Assembly (NCBI GenBank): GCA_030704615.1
Contig: CM060733.1
Span: 72,788,001 to 72,852,000 of the forward strand
Direction of reading: 5' to 3'
Origin: Takakia lepidozioides
Lineage: Eukaryota; Plantae; Bryophyta
Length of the DNA: 64,000 nt
Below, piece by piece: positions 36,661 to 48,800 of the stretch (position 1 is its first letter; the number at the start of each line of letters is the position of its first letter). Both the position numbers and the translations under genes were made by a program. Under the pieces are notes generated by a model that was not told the origin of the DNA, did not search any database, and was given only the letters and a program-made list of their open reading frames with translations.

Positions 36661-37849
36661 CCGCACTAACCGTGCACGCTGTGTGGGGTGAGGCACAATC
36701 CTCACCCAAACATCCTCCCACACTCGAAGTAGGTGTATCCCCTCCCACTTGAACCTCTTGGCTCGTTGCAGGATCCGATCCCTCTCCCTGGCAGTCACAG
36801 TGGCTGCTGTGTCTCCCTTGCGGAGGTAGTCCAACACAGCCGAATCCTCATGTATATCTCTGGCACCACCTGGCTCATCACTAGCCTCAGGGTCCTCAGA
36901 CACTCCGTCTACAGTCATCCATGTTGTAGGTCCAACCTGACCTCCCAATGCCAAGATACATAAAAATGCAGATGCGTGCCATCCCGGCACCATCTCCTCG
37001 TCCGTCTCACCATGCCACCGAGCTCTAGTGTCATCCTGCTGGCTCATGCATGGATTGCGACTCAATCCATCCGCATCCCGATTGACCAAACCCGGTCGAT
37101 GCACAACCTGAAAGTCATATTCCTGGAGTATGAGTGCCCACCGTGCAAGCTTCCCCGTAAGCTTGTCTGACTCCATCAACCACTTGAGTGGCTGGTGATC
37201 CGTGACAAGGGTGAAAAGATTGCCGTATAGATAGCACTTGAAGTGTGCCACGGCCCACACTGCAGCTAAGCACTCTCTCTCATATGAGCTGTACTTAGCC
37301 TCTACAGCGTTGTTCGAGCGGCTAACATAAGCCACTACGAACTCTCTTCCCTCATCATCCACCTGTGTGAGCACCGCTCCAAGCCCCAACATGCTCCAAT
37401 CCGTATGCAGCTGAAAGGGACGCCCCCTGATAGGTCGTCTCAGGATAGGCGTCGAGGTCAACCTTGCATTGAGCTCTTGAAAAGCTCGTTCCTGCTCATC
37501 TTCCCATTGCCACTCCTGGTCCACCTTGGTCAGCTTGGTTAGAGCCTTTGCAATGGTACTAAATCCCTTGACAAACCGTCTATAATAGTTTGCCAACCCC
37601 ATGAAAGCTCGAACTCGGCTCACATCCGTGGGGTGTGGAATTTGTGCAATGGCCTCTTGTGGCTGAAGCATACTCTCCACCAGAGAGCTCCACCAAACCT
37701 GCCTCCCAGAGATCTTGAGTCCTCATCTGAATCAAAGACCTCTCCATGTCACTGTATCTATAGGGTCTCCGAAAGATTGGCGTGTCAGTGGGATACAGAT
37801 TTCTTGATCCTTCAGTGCTCCCAAGTCCTTCAAACTGAAGGCAAAGCAA
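36640..37849 (-). pseudogene. RT remnant (core deleted) and RNase H
   Basis: PIFRRPYRYS...GEYASAT is joined near 37660 directly to EAIAQIPHPTDVSRVRAFMGLANYYRRF. RNase H motifs HTDWSMLGLGAVL, YSSYERECLA, TDHQPL. Confidence 0.88.
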
Positions 37850-38218
37850 TTCCTGTAAGCCCTCAGGAACCGCCGTATACGTCGTCTCTCTCCTCCGGTG
37901 ACAATGGGTCCAATGTTAGGCTCCCAATTGTCCTCCGTAACTGCAACCTTAAGTCCAGTGGGCTTAGAGGTAGAGGACGCGTCCAGTGGTTGTTATGTTG
38001 CAACCTCTTGCAGTACTCCCTACCTGCTCAGTCAGTGACAAGGCCTCATCCTGCCCCATCATCTCATCCTCAAGGACTTCCTCCACCCGAGAAAAATCCC
38101 CAACCTCATCTTTCACCGCCACCTTGGCTGCCAACTCCCTCTGAACCTCGAGCACCTCCCACGTGTGCCATGGATGCCTGCACCCCGTGGTCCTCACATG
38201 CTCGCCCCCACTCACTGC

Positions 38219-38787
38219 CTATACTGTCTCGTTAGGCAGAGAGACCATCGAGGGAAGTGTACTCCGCACTCTACGTTGCTCAGCCATAGCCAAGCTGATA
38301 ATCCAGGTCAAGCAATTGAGATCCATTGCTTGCCCCAACACCTGACGACGTGATGCCTCAGAAAGAGACGACACCGCCGTGGTACCAGTGGGAAAACCCA
38401 TTGCCCGCTCACGCTCGTCAGCATTAAGCTCTCCACTAACTGCTGCAACTGAGCATCCCACAGGAGGCCAGGTCCACTATCCCGGAAAGCATGCGATCCT
38501 GAGAAGCTGAGCAGTATAGGTAATGTTGCTCGTGGTTGACCCACCTTGTTGACCACTGCCAAAGGCGAATGGTCATCGTGTCTAACACGCTGAGACTGCC
38601 TCCCTGTGTCCAGAATGCTATCCACTGTGAGATGTGCTAGCCGCTGCACCCCATCAAATGCACGCTTGAACAGTGCGGGTGGCATCAAGTTAGTCCACCA
38701 TAGCCGTGGACGATGAGCCCATGATCCCACTGTAGCTGCATCTAGCAACACTGCTGACCCAAGCCACGACCGGACTTGATGCACACC
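38219..38787 (-). pseudogene. DNMT3-like cytosine-5 DNA methyltransferase, C-terminal half
   Basis: AVLLDAATVGSWAHRPRLWWTNL (motif VIII) and ADERERAMGFPTGTT...SRRQVLGQAMD (motifs IX-X). Frameshift near 38430. Confidence 0.85.
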
Positions 38788-39005
38788 AAGCTCCTGTTTG
38801 GTATACTAATAGAGATATAGTCTGAGCTGATTAGGATTCACATATGGTGATACATCAATAGAGGTATAGTAAAATGGACAAGCTCCTGTTTGGTATACTA
38901 ACAGAGGTATAGTCTCACATTAGGGTTCACATATGGTGATACCTCAACAGACGTATAGTCAAAGGGACAAGCTCCTGTTTGGTATACTAACAGAGGTATA
39001 GTCTG
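38787..39005. repeat. tandem repeat of about 90 bp, 2.5 copies
   Basis: caagctcctgtttggtatactaa at 38787, 38879 and 38968. Confidence 0.9.
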
Positions 39006-39024
39006 GGCATACACTACTAGGGTT

Positions 39025-40665
39025 TGTAATGAAGAGCTAGAATGCAAGTCCTTGACTTCTATGCTTCTACTCAAGCAAAAATATGGTCTCTAGGTGGTCA
39101 TAAGAGGCATCTTCTTGCTCTCTTCCACCCCAATGTGCAACCAAGAGTGGTCCAACTCAACTTGCAAGTCATTGTCCACCAAATCAATCCCCCTTCTAGT
39201 CCTTGGGATTTGATTGCAAACTACCATATCTCCATTGCCGAGCAATCATGCATTTGTCTCCTCATCACTTGACAATTGCTCCAAATCAACACAAATTATC
39301 TCAATGTGTAGGAGCAATGCTTGTCACTTACAATAATGCTCCCAAGCAATCCGCCTTGGATCCCACTCTCACGCCATATGTCTCATTTGGGGTCTTGCAC
39401 CAATCCATCATCCATGTGCTCCCCGTGGTCATTTGAATGCATGTTTCATGACCTCTTGGCCTATGTGTTGCTCTCCTTCATCATAACATGAATCAACACC
39501 TCTCCACTTCACACACAAATGGATCTCAAAGGCCTTCACCTCTTGCTAGTTCAAGAGCTCCCCTTCTCAAACTTGAACTTACAAACTCAAGCAAGCATGC
39601 TCCACACATGCACCACTTGCTTGGTCAACTATCCACCACAAAGCTCGCACTACCAAGAGCATGAATAGCCAAGTATTGCCTCCCCCTCTTGCCACATTAC
39701 ATAGTTAGGGTGAAGCTATGCATACATTGAATGATGATTTCCCTTCAAGGATTTCCCACCACATGTTCTCCAAGCCCTTCCAATGGCACCCTAAGCTTGG
39801 CTCCACACCACCATGATTGGAAGATTTCTTCACATGCTCCCTTTCAAAACCTCTTGAGCATCTTAGTGCTCTCCAAGTGCTTGCCCTTGTTGTCTTCAAG
39901 CCCAAACATATATAGCTCCTTGGCTTCTCTTCCACAACATCCACACTTTGAACTTCTTAACCCTAGTTTGATAGTGAAATGAGCACTAACAAGCTTTTAG
40001 TCACTCTCCACAAGCCATGGCGCACACCATCGACTCCATAATGCATACAAAGGATTCTCAAACCCTAGAATCCATGCTTCCACACACACAAGACTTCCTC
40101 CTTACAATCCTTGCAAAATCTTGTGACTCAAGAGCTTTATTCTCAAGCTCTCCAACTCCTTGGTGCATGCAATACTCGAGCACCTTTCCTTGCAACCCCT
40201 TGCAAGCCTTGTGATACAAGAGCTAAATTCTCCTAGCTCTCAACCTCTTTAAAATACAAGTGCAAAACTAATCCTTACACCCCGCACTCACAAGCATAAG
40301 GTGATCTTCTTGTAGTGATAAGAGATGAGAAATGAGAGAAGTAGAAGACAATGAAAGCTCTCAAAGCATGAAGCAATCACATGAAGAACAAGCCCTAGTC
40401 CTTCCAAATGAAATCCACTCTATCACATAAACTAAGTCAAGCCAAGGGCACCTTTGCTAAAGGAATCCACCCTACAAAGCCCTCAACACACTCCCTCTCA
40501 ATACCTAGAGCTATGGAGGTGAGAGAAGCTCATGGGGGCTCAACTACAAGAAGATGAGCCTCCTCAACACTCACAAGGGGAAAACTTATCTCCATGTTTC
40601 AAGTGAGGCTCGACACCTCACTTGGCAGATGAATGCAAAAGAAAGGCTTGAAGCCGGACAATATC
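39025..40665 (-). mobile_element. highly degenerate LTR-retrotransposon remnant; LTR-like part at about 40311-40665
   Basis: 40450-40570 shares ggaatccac and ggctcaact..agaagatgagcct with the LTR at 34780-34850. No intact domains. Confidence 0.45.
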
Positions 40666-40884
40666 ACCTTTATATATATTCTCTCTGCATGCAGCCACAC
40701 TGGCCTACTGAATGAAGGAAGACGCTACTTCGATTCCCTGAGTCAAGATCACGGTGTCATTCCGACATGATACTGCAAAGGTGAGAAGAATGCTCAAGGT
40801 CAGAGGGGTTAGAAAGGAGCCACGAGCGAGGTCGCTGCTGCATTGAGGTTGGCAACAGGGTGCACACCTTCGTTGTAGATGTAG

Positions 40885-41228
40885 TTGCATCCCAGAATTA
40901 AGGAAATCCATGCGGAGCTGAGAAGATTGTCTGGGCAGATGAAGGAGGCGGGGTATGTGCCTGACACGCGCTTTGTATTGCGTGATGTGGGGGAGGAGAA
41001 AAATGAATTTTCTCTTTGCCACCACAGTGAGAAGCTGGCCATTGGTTTTGGGCTGATCAGCACGACCCCTAGGACGCCTCTCCGTCTCATCAAGAATCTT
41101 TGAGTGTGTGGTGATTGCCACATCTCCATCAAATTCATCTCAAAGATTGTTGGCCGAGCAATTGTTGTACGGGATGCTAACCACTTCACCACTTTGAAGA
41201 TGGGATTTGTTCTTGTGGTGATTATTGG
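40885..41228 (+). pseudogene. PPR E+/DYW deaminase domain pseudogene fragment
   Basis: HPRIKEI...GYVPDT...CHHSEKLAIGFGLI...KNL*VCGDCH...RDANHF-(frameshift)-FEDGICSCGDYW. Confidence 0.95.
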
Positions 41229-42407
41229 AAAAAAGATATTTTCTTGGAAAGATGCGAGTGTCTTGCTTCATTCATTGACCTGTGTAGCTACTCAGACCAT
41301 CCACCATTTCCTGAGAATATTGACGATCATGTACTGTTGAGTGCATTTCCTGTGGCATATTCACAGGAAATGATGATGGGGTCTACCCGGCATAGGTGGG
41401 AAGTCAGCCCATAAATGCACTTGACTGAAGGGGTGATTTTTGACTGATTCTGGTGATAGTGGATGGAAATCAAGAGTGCTGTCCTAATTTTGGGTTTGGG
41501 TGGTGGAGCTTCTCCAAGGCTTGAAGAAGGAAGTGAATACAAATTTTAATAAGCTTGATGAGAGGGGCAGCCCTGTGCACAAGTTTGTTCAACATCTTAA
41601 ATTTGGACATGTTTGTTTGTTTCTCGTGATGTGTCTTTGGATGGAGCCCTTGTCGAACTTGCATGAATATTTTCAAAAGCTAGCCTTAACCCACCAAGAT
41701 CCAATCCCATGGTGGCTGCTTGAAAGTTCATATAGTGATTTAAGGGTATTTGGGTATGTTGTTATTGATTGATGCAGCTTGACTCCCTCACACTATAACA
41801 TCGGTTTGTGCATGTTGAAGTTCAAGAAAGTGAGGTCTTTTTCTCTTGCGTCCAGTAACCGTCCAACATCCCAAAAACGAAGCTTTTGGTCTGTCATGTT
41901 GGTTCAATTAATATCAATGAAATTATATACCCAACTCAGGGATAACTCATGTGAATAATGAGAGGAAGATATACTTACTGCTCCTCTTTGTGGATCTACT
42001 GGTTTTTCTCTTTATCTCTCTCCCTCGTCCAACTTGTGACTTCAATTTTTGTTCCTGCAGGTTCTGAAGCATTTGTTGATGCATAGTCCTCCAGAACAAG
42101 CTCTGATTTTGATTCCGAAAAACAATGAAATATGGGATGTATGTAACACCATGGGGATGACCCACCCTTTTTTGTGAAAAATTCTCAGAATTCATCGCTA
42201 GTAGTGCGGAGCAACACAAAGCCCTAGTATATATAAAACATTAAATAGTTCATAGGTTTTTAGAAAGTAGCGGGTAGTGTGATGGTTAAGAGCAACAAAT
42301 AAGATGTATGAGGTTTGGTGTTCAATTCTTGTCAGATGGTAATGTGTGTTATTAATTTAACTTTTGTATACTTGTTCTTTCTGAAATTTTCCTAAGTCAT
42401 TAATCTT

Positions 42408-42650
42408 CTACGGCAGCGGACTCTCCAGCGGACTCACTCTGCAGTGTAGAGTGGACCCTCCAGCGGACTCTGTAGAGTGGACCCTCTCCAACAGATTCTG
42501 GGTCCACCGGCCTCTGCAGAGTGGACTGCAGAGTGGACCCTCTTCAGCGGACTCTGGGTCCACCGGACTCTGCAGCGTGGGTGGACCCTCCATGAGACTC
42601 TCCATGGACTCTCCAATGGACCCTCCGGTGGACTTGGTGGATGGGCACTG
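42408..42650. repeat. short GC-rich element built from GGACTCT/AGAGTGGACCC repeats
   Basis: Direct and inverted short repeats. Confidence 0.65.
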
Positions 42651-42689
42651 GGCTTATGAGGTGACCCCATGGGCCGTACTGGCGGGGCC

Positions 42690-44350
42690 CACAGGCGCAT
42701 TGAAGATGCTATTATTAAAAAATCGTTGGCATTTTGGAACCCCCTTCCGATCATTACAAATGAGGTATACCAAATTCTAACCCAAAAACCCAACACATAT
42801 ACTACCGATCCCAGACTTCGCAACGCCCTCTCTTCTAAAATTCCCACCTCAACAATGCATATTTACAGATGGCTCCGCAAGCAAGGTATGGAACTTATAA
42901 TGTTAAAGATAACTCGAGGTCATACAAAAGACTACCAGGACGCCAAAATATCCTACATGCAGAACTCATGGCTATCCATGATGCCATAAAAATCTAAGAC
43001 ACGACCAACCCATGGGCTCAACATATTACCTATTTACGGACAGTTTGGTTTCTCTCTACCTCCTCACCAATCAGATCCTCAAACCTTCTATACAAATACA
43101 CCACCCAGACCTTCACCTTATTTAAGCAATCATTGTTGTTACTTCATCCCTCCCGCTACAAATCCATATACATAAAGTTCGCTCCCATATACACATATTA
43201 GGAAATGACATTGCAGACCAGATGGCTCAGCTCGGCTCTATGCAACCTTTTGTAAATCCCTCAGATGACCCTATTCATTTAGCACACGCATCTCCATTTT
43301 GGCTAGTCTCAACTACGGCTATCGCACCTAGGCGAGATCTATACACATATGTCACAAAGGAAACCAGCAACAATTCGAAGTATCCCGCACCTACACAAAA
43401 CCATACATATCAAAATGGGTATCTTCTCCACACCTAGTGCATGTCATGTCCAACCACTTTGGGATCTCTCCTATAAATACTGATGCCCAAATCAGACAAA
43501 CACTACGATTCCGATACGGCCAATACATGGGTAATCAAAGAAGAAATCTATTCTGGCCTTTATTATACCCTAACAAGCATTGCACATTACGCCACGCACA
43601 GCCCCCTAAAGTGGACACATGGCCACACCTGCTTCTCCATTGTAAGCACCCCATACTCCATGGATTACATATAACCAGACATAACCAAGGAGTTTGGCAT
43701 CTTCACAAACTTCTACTGTCACATCCTAAATCCAGATGGTTTAACCTCATCAATGCATGTACGTTTCAAGGTAGACCACCGGACCACACAATATCTCCAT
43801 GGCTTCTACCCTGCATAGGTCTCTATATCCCATGTAGTTGTCTAGCCAGGTTATGCCCTGATATTGTACTTATCCATGGACTACCTCTTTTATCAACAAT
43901 ACCAACAGGTCCACACCCCTCCCTCACCATTCATATAATAGAATTTACATTTTGTCATGATAGAGACCAGGCTAACGAATCAATAATATATAAACGTGAA
44001 AAATATGAACCGCTCATCTTAGCCCTTCGTCACCATGGATGGAACACTGCCCCTTTGACTATTATTACCGTTGGTGTCAGAGGGGGAGCACATTGCCACT
44101 ATACTCAAATTCTCAAAGAAAACCTCAAACTTTCGTTAAAATACACCACCCCACTCCTACGCACCCTACACTTCACAACAATTACGTCACTTACAGCCTT
44201 AATCCTCAACAAAAGAAAGATTGAAAGTGGCCAGCTTGCCATACATAACTGGTTCTGGTTTTGATAGAGCCCACCTCCGAAAAGGGGCAGTACTTGCAAA
44301 GGGAAGAGGCTCTTATTTACGCTAGCTCCGGTTGGCGTCATATACATATA
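42690..44350 (+). mobile_element. 5'-truncated non-LTR retrotransposon: RNase H, zinc finger, restriction-like endonuclease
   Basis: RNase H motifs FTDGS (42862), LFTDSLVSL (43030), HKVRSHIHILGNDIADQMA (43171). ORF 43437-44264 has DTWPHLLLHC, RHNQ, CPDIVL, IIEFTFC, KREKY (PD-(D/E)xK RLE). Confidence 0.82.
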
Positions 44351-45894
44351 TAACCCAAAAACTCTGAAAGATTAGGAGAAGATGGCCAACATCATGAGGG
44401 ACGCTCCTTTAGAAGTTGTTTGCAATTGGCTTAGCCATTTACAAAATTCAAGCAGATTTGTGAATATTTTTTTCCTGCTCACAAATCATGGAATTCCGAC
44501 AGCAAATTTTAGTTATGAATCAAAAGGTGGACAGAGGTGAAGATTTTGCAGAACGTGAAGCAATCAATGTTTGTGATATATTTGGGACTAGCCCCCTCAG
44601 TGATCGGGACTTCAATTATCACCTCGCATAAGTTGACTTACATGGAGCAATACTACAATCGGCCTTATGCGAGCCGATCTGCCTTCAGCTACAACTTCAA
44701 ATTGAAGCGCAGAGTGAACAACGCATTAACAAGGTGGCAACAAGCGGGTACTTGCAAATGGGAATGAGAAAACTACTGAGAGCACTAGTATGAACAGCTC
44801 TTTCTTTTCTGCTACAGAAAGAACAATCATCATTGATTTCAGCATTTGGATGCATTGTCCTGTTCGGAAAAACATATCATTATGCCAGCTTCCGTAAGAA
44901 GCCCAGCTCCTTGACAAACTCCTTCACTTACATCATGCACCTCGTACATGAAGGTGGCGGCCTCCTCACCTTATAAATTTGTGGAAGAAGAACTACGTCT
45001 GCCAGATACTTTTTTTGCTCACTGCCTGACCTGCGCGAAAAAACCAACGTCATGATGGCCACTCTGCCAGTTTCCGAAGATTTCCTCGGTCTCCATTGAA
45101 CAACTTCTCCAAATTTTTCTTACAGATCTTCCTGTGCCTCATAAGCACCAGCAACATACAAACAGAGTACATACTACAAACTACAACCCACAATTACATC
45201 GATACTGCGTGAGCTCGTTACGGCACAGGTAAGCAGGTTCCCTGTGAGCTCCTCTAATTGAAGAGCTCTCGAGAGCAGTACGAGGCGCCAAGCGTGGACA
45301 CTGGACACCGCGGGATGCCACACAGCAACAGACATCCATAACGGCCACATCGGTACTGCCAGGTTGACGAACACCTACTATCTCGTCGACGCGGCCCCTT
45401 CTGTCGACGAACATGTACGGAGCGCACGGAGAAGCTACTTCGCTTCCTCTCGACGATTATCGTCCGCTTCCTCTCCCAGCGACGCCGACGAGAAGTGCTT
45501 CCGGCGAGTAAATTTGAAATTAAATAACCATTCTTCCGATTATTCACTATTGTGACTGGCGGGACCCGCGGATACCAATAGCCATGGCGCTGGACGGGCA
45601 GGAGAAGTGCGGGGGGCAGCAGAGAGACTTGAGAGAGACAGCGAGCGAGGGCGTGTGCGCGATGGAGAGGCTGAGGAGATGATGTGAGAGCATTCAGTGG
45701 GAAGTTGACAGAGACACGCCTGGAGGATTTGGGGAAGGATCTTCTGCTGGGTCCTTGTGGGAGAACATTGTTGGGTTTTTGCGGTGGAGTTGAAAAGGGT
45801 ACAGGAGGGTACCTGCTCAAGAGTTGCTTGAAGTGAGGGGGAGGGAAGTGGAAGTGGACGAGGAGTGTTGTGTGATACTGTGAGTTGAAAAACA

Positions 45895-48800
45895 ATGTTC
45901 ACTCCTCAAGGAAGAAGGGGCTCGCCTCAGAGAAGGGGGCAGCCCCTTCGTGCTGTTGCTAGAGACAAGGGGAAGGTGGGGTCCCCTGGAACTGCAGCAG
46001 GTGAGGAGGCTTTGATTGAGCCACCGCCTTTTGGGACGCCGGAAGCGAATGGTGGGGAGGGGACGCAGTCGGGCTCCGACATATGGAAGCACTTTCAGGA
46101 AGAAGGTGCTCTGGATGTGCCATCGCTCGAGCGCAAAGACCGCGCAGCTTTGCAGGCTCGCATCTCCACGCTCGAGGCGGAGGTGCCTCCTTGCCATCTT
46201 TAGCGTTTGTAATGTTAGATGAACCGCAACCTATCATCAAGCCAGCAAATACACTGTCGTTAGTCTGGAAGCCACCAAGGAGAGGAGAAATGTAGACGGA
46301 TAACACTGTTCGATGTCCAGTTAGTAAGCCTGAGAGAAGATTCTTTCTAAAGTTTCACTTGCCGCTCGAAGTTAATTGTAGTCACTTTTTCGTTGCATCC
46401 TCTGATTTTTATATGGAGTAAGGAATGGCTCTGATCCATCTTGACGAGGGTACAAGGAATCTTTTTGCCCATTTCCTAGCTGATGTGGGCATCAAGCTCA
46501 TGTAGGTCAACAGCTGATGTCCGAGTGGGTGGTATGCTGCAGTTATATGATTACCAGTATAACATGGGCCTGCTACTACTTCAGCGCAAGACATGGGGGG
46601 CACAAGTTGAAGAATTGAAGGTTTCCCTTGCTGATGCACAAGAGACATTACAGCGTGAGAAAGCTGCACACTTGCTTGAGCTTTCTGAAGCTGGTAACCG
46701 CGAGGAAGCAGCAAAAAAGGCCTTGGACCTCGAGAAAAAATGTGTTGCTGACGTACGTAGCCCGTTTTCCTCCTCACGAATGGCCTCATGTACTGTGAAG
46801 TCATCGTTGTGACGCTATGTGCTGGTTTGTACCAATAATTGGTGATCTCACTGAAGTCATTGCTTGCCCTACTTGAGAAGTCTTGAATTGGCGTAGTTTA
46901 GCAGCGGTAAAGGGCTGGGAGCCCCACACACAGTTTTGCAGTTCAAATATGTTGGGCTCTGTGCTGACTTTTGCTCTGGATGTTATTTGGTATGTTTTTT
47001 GGGGCCGGTATTCAGCTGGAGAAGGCATTGAAGGAGATGCGGACTGAGGGGCAAGAGGTGAAGCAAGCAGCAGAGAAGCAATTGGCTCAGGCACGGGAAA
47101 TGGTGGCCAGTATTGAAGAGAAGTCACTGGAGGCAGATACTAAGCTGTCTGCAGCCCAGGTGGTGCGTGCAGAAGCAAGTCGGAAGCTGGCCGAGTCTGA
47201 GCACAAGCTGCAGGAGGTGGAAGCTCGGGAAGATGCTCTTCGGCGCGAACGCCACAGCCTTATGTCTGAGTACGTTGCCATTGCCTTCTTTGCAAGAGCC
47301 TTCATCTTGAGGCAGGGAACTTGCCCCTCTGAACCAACATTCCTCATTCTTGAAAGGTAGATCATTTAAGGGTGTTTTCAAGTGTTTTAGGGGATGGCTT
47401 TCCTGTCCATAATTTGTTCAGTGTCCTGTACGACAAACTGTGGCTGAGTAGTTGCACTGACACAGGTTGTTGCTTAAGGTGGTTGTAAGCAATTGCTTAT
47501 CCCTTTCATGATCCTAGTGTAAGTGCACAAGCCAGTGCCAATCACAGCAGCCTAGGTTCTTGTGATCTGCACACTAAGGCGCTTGCTGAAATGTCTGCAG
47601 GAAAAGCCTTGTCTTTGGCAGAGTCCTGAGTCACTTAGTGGTGATCCTCACTGGCAAGGAATGGGGGATGGTAGATGTGATGCACGGAAGGGGCAGGTGG
47701 AGCAGGAGGAGGCCAGCATTCGTGATTGGGAAAAACAGCTGGAAGAAGCGCGGGAACGGATCCGCGAAGGTGAGCGTCTGCTCAACCAGCGAGAGGAGTA
47801 CATTGACCAGCGGGAGGAGGCACTGAAACAGATTGACAAGGATCTGGAGGATACGCGAGCCTTCTTGGAGAAAGAGCGCACACTGCTCCAGCAGTCAGAA
47901 GCTGAACTCGATGCTCATGCTGTCTCTGTCACCGACAGAGAGGAGGTCTCTTTCTTCTGCATATGTGGACGGATTTTTAAACACCCATGCACTGATTTTG
48001 TGCCTTCTAGCATCTAGTTGTCGCATATATTGCATATAGTATTCTTGTTGCACCCTTTAACTGCGGGATCTATGCTACATGGCTTATCCCTCCTCGGTTT
48101 GTTTCTATGGTTGGAGGTCTGAAACTGTCTGATGCAGATATTTGCTCCTTTTTGCAAAGTATTGTTTAATCTCGAGGAGATTCGATCATCTCACTCCATT
48201 GATGATATTGTTGGTTATATATGCAGGCACTGACCGAAAGAGAGCATGCTGTGACCACAAGAGAGCAAGACTTAGTGCTTCTAGAAGAGAGGCTTGCTGG
48301 CAGGGAGCAGGTACCCTTTTCCATCCACCTTTCAAGCATTTCAAACATCTAACTCAAGTGAATGAACGATTTCAGCACATAGTATCGAGCTGTATGCACT
48401 AATAGGGATGGGATGGCAGGCTGTGATTAATCAAGTCTCTGTCTGGGTCCAACCCCTCATGTGTAAAACTCTCCAGTCAGGGGCTTAAGAACTCTCTCTC
48501 TATTTGTGGCTGTGTGTGGTGAACTGGTTGCTGAGTAGAAGGGTTTGACAGGTGTTCGAGCAGCACGAAAAGCATGTGCAGGAGACGGAGGAGTACGTCA
48601 CTAGAGAAAGAGAGCGTTTGGATGGTTTTGATGCTGGTGTCAAGCTCCGGGAGGAGGCTTTGGCCGATCATAAACAGGAATTGGTATGTTGTGTTTTGCT
48701 CATCAAAGAATATAACTGAAATTTTTGACTCAGATGGCAGGGGATTTCCATGTGCATCTGTCTGATGGTGGGCTGATGATTTAGGGTTGCCAATGTACCA

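Larger units (their letters stand above)
34476..38787 (-). mobile_element. Ty3/Gypsy remnant carrying a DNMT3-like C5 methyltransferase and an integrase-PHD fusion
   Basis: Minus-strand order is C5-MTase C-terminal motifs, RT N-terminus, (RT core deleted), RNase H, integrase, PHD, PPT, 3' LTR. Confidence 0.88.

Noticed and set aside
13341-40317. One giant CACTA element from CACTACAAAG (13341) to TTCTTGTAGTG (40317)
   Set aside because: Flanking triplets differ (AAA vs ATA), the TIR match is short, and the right site is better explained as an LTR edge.
44400-45530. Further PPR pseudogenes (also about 26900-27420, 53760-54050 and 63530-64000)
   Set aside because: Only faint motif traces; too degenerate to support by eye.
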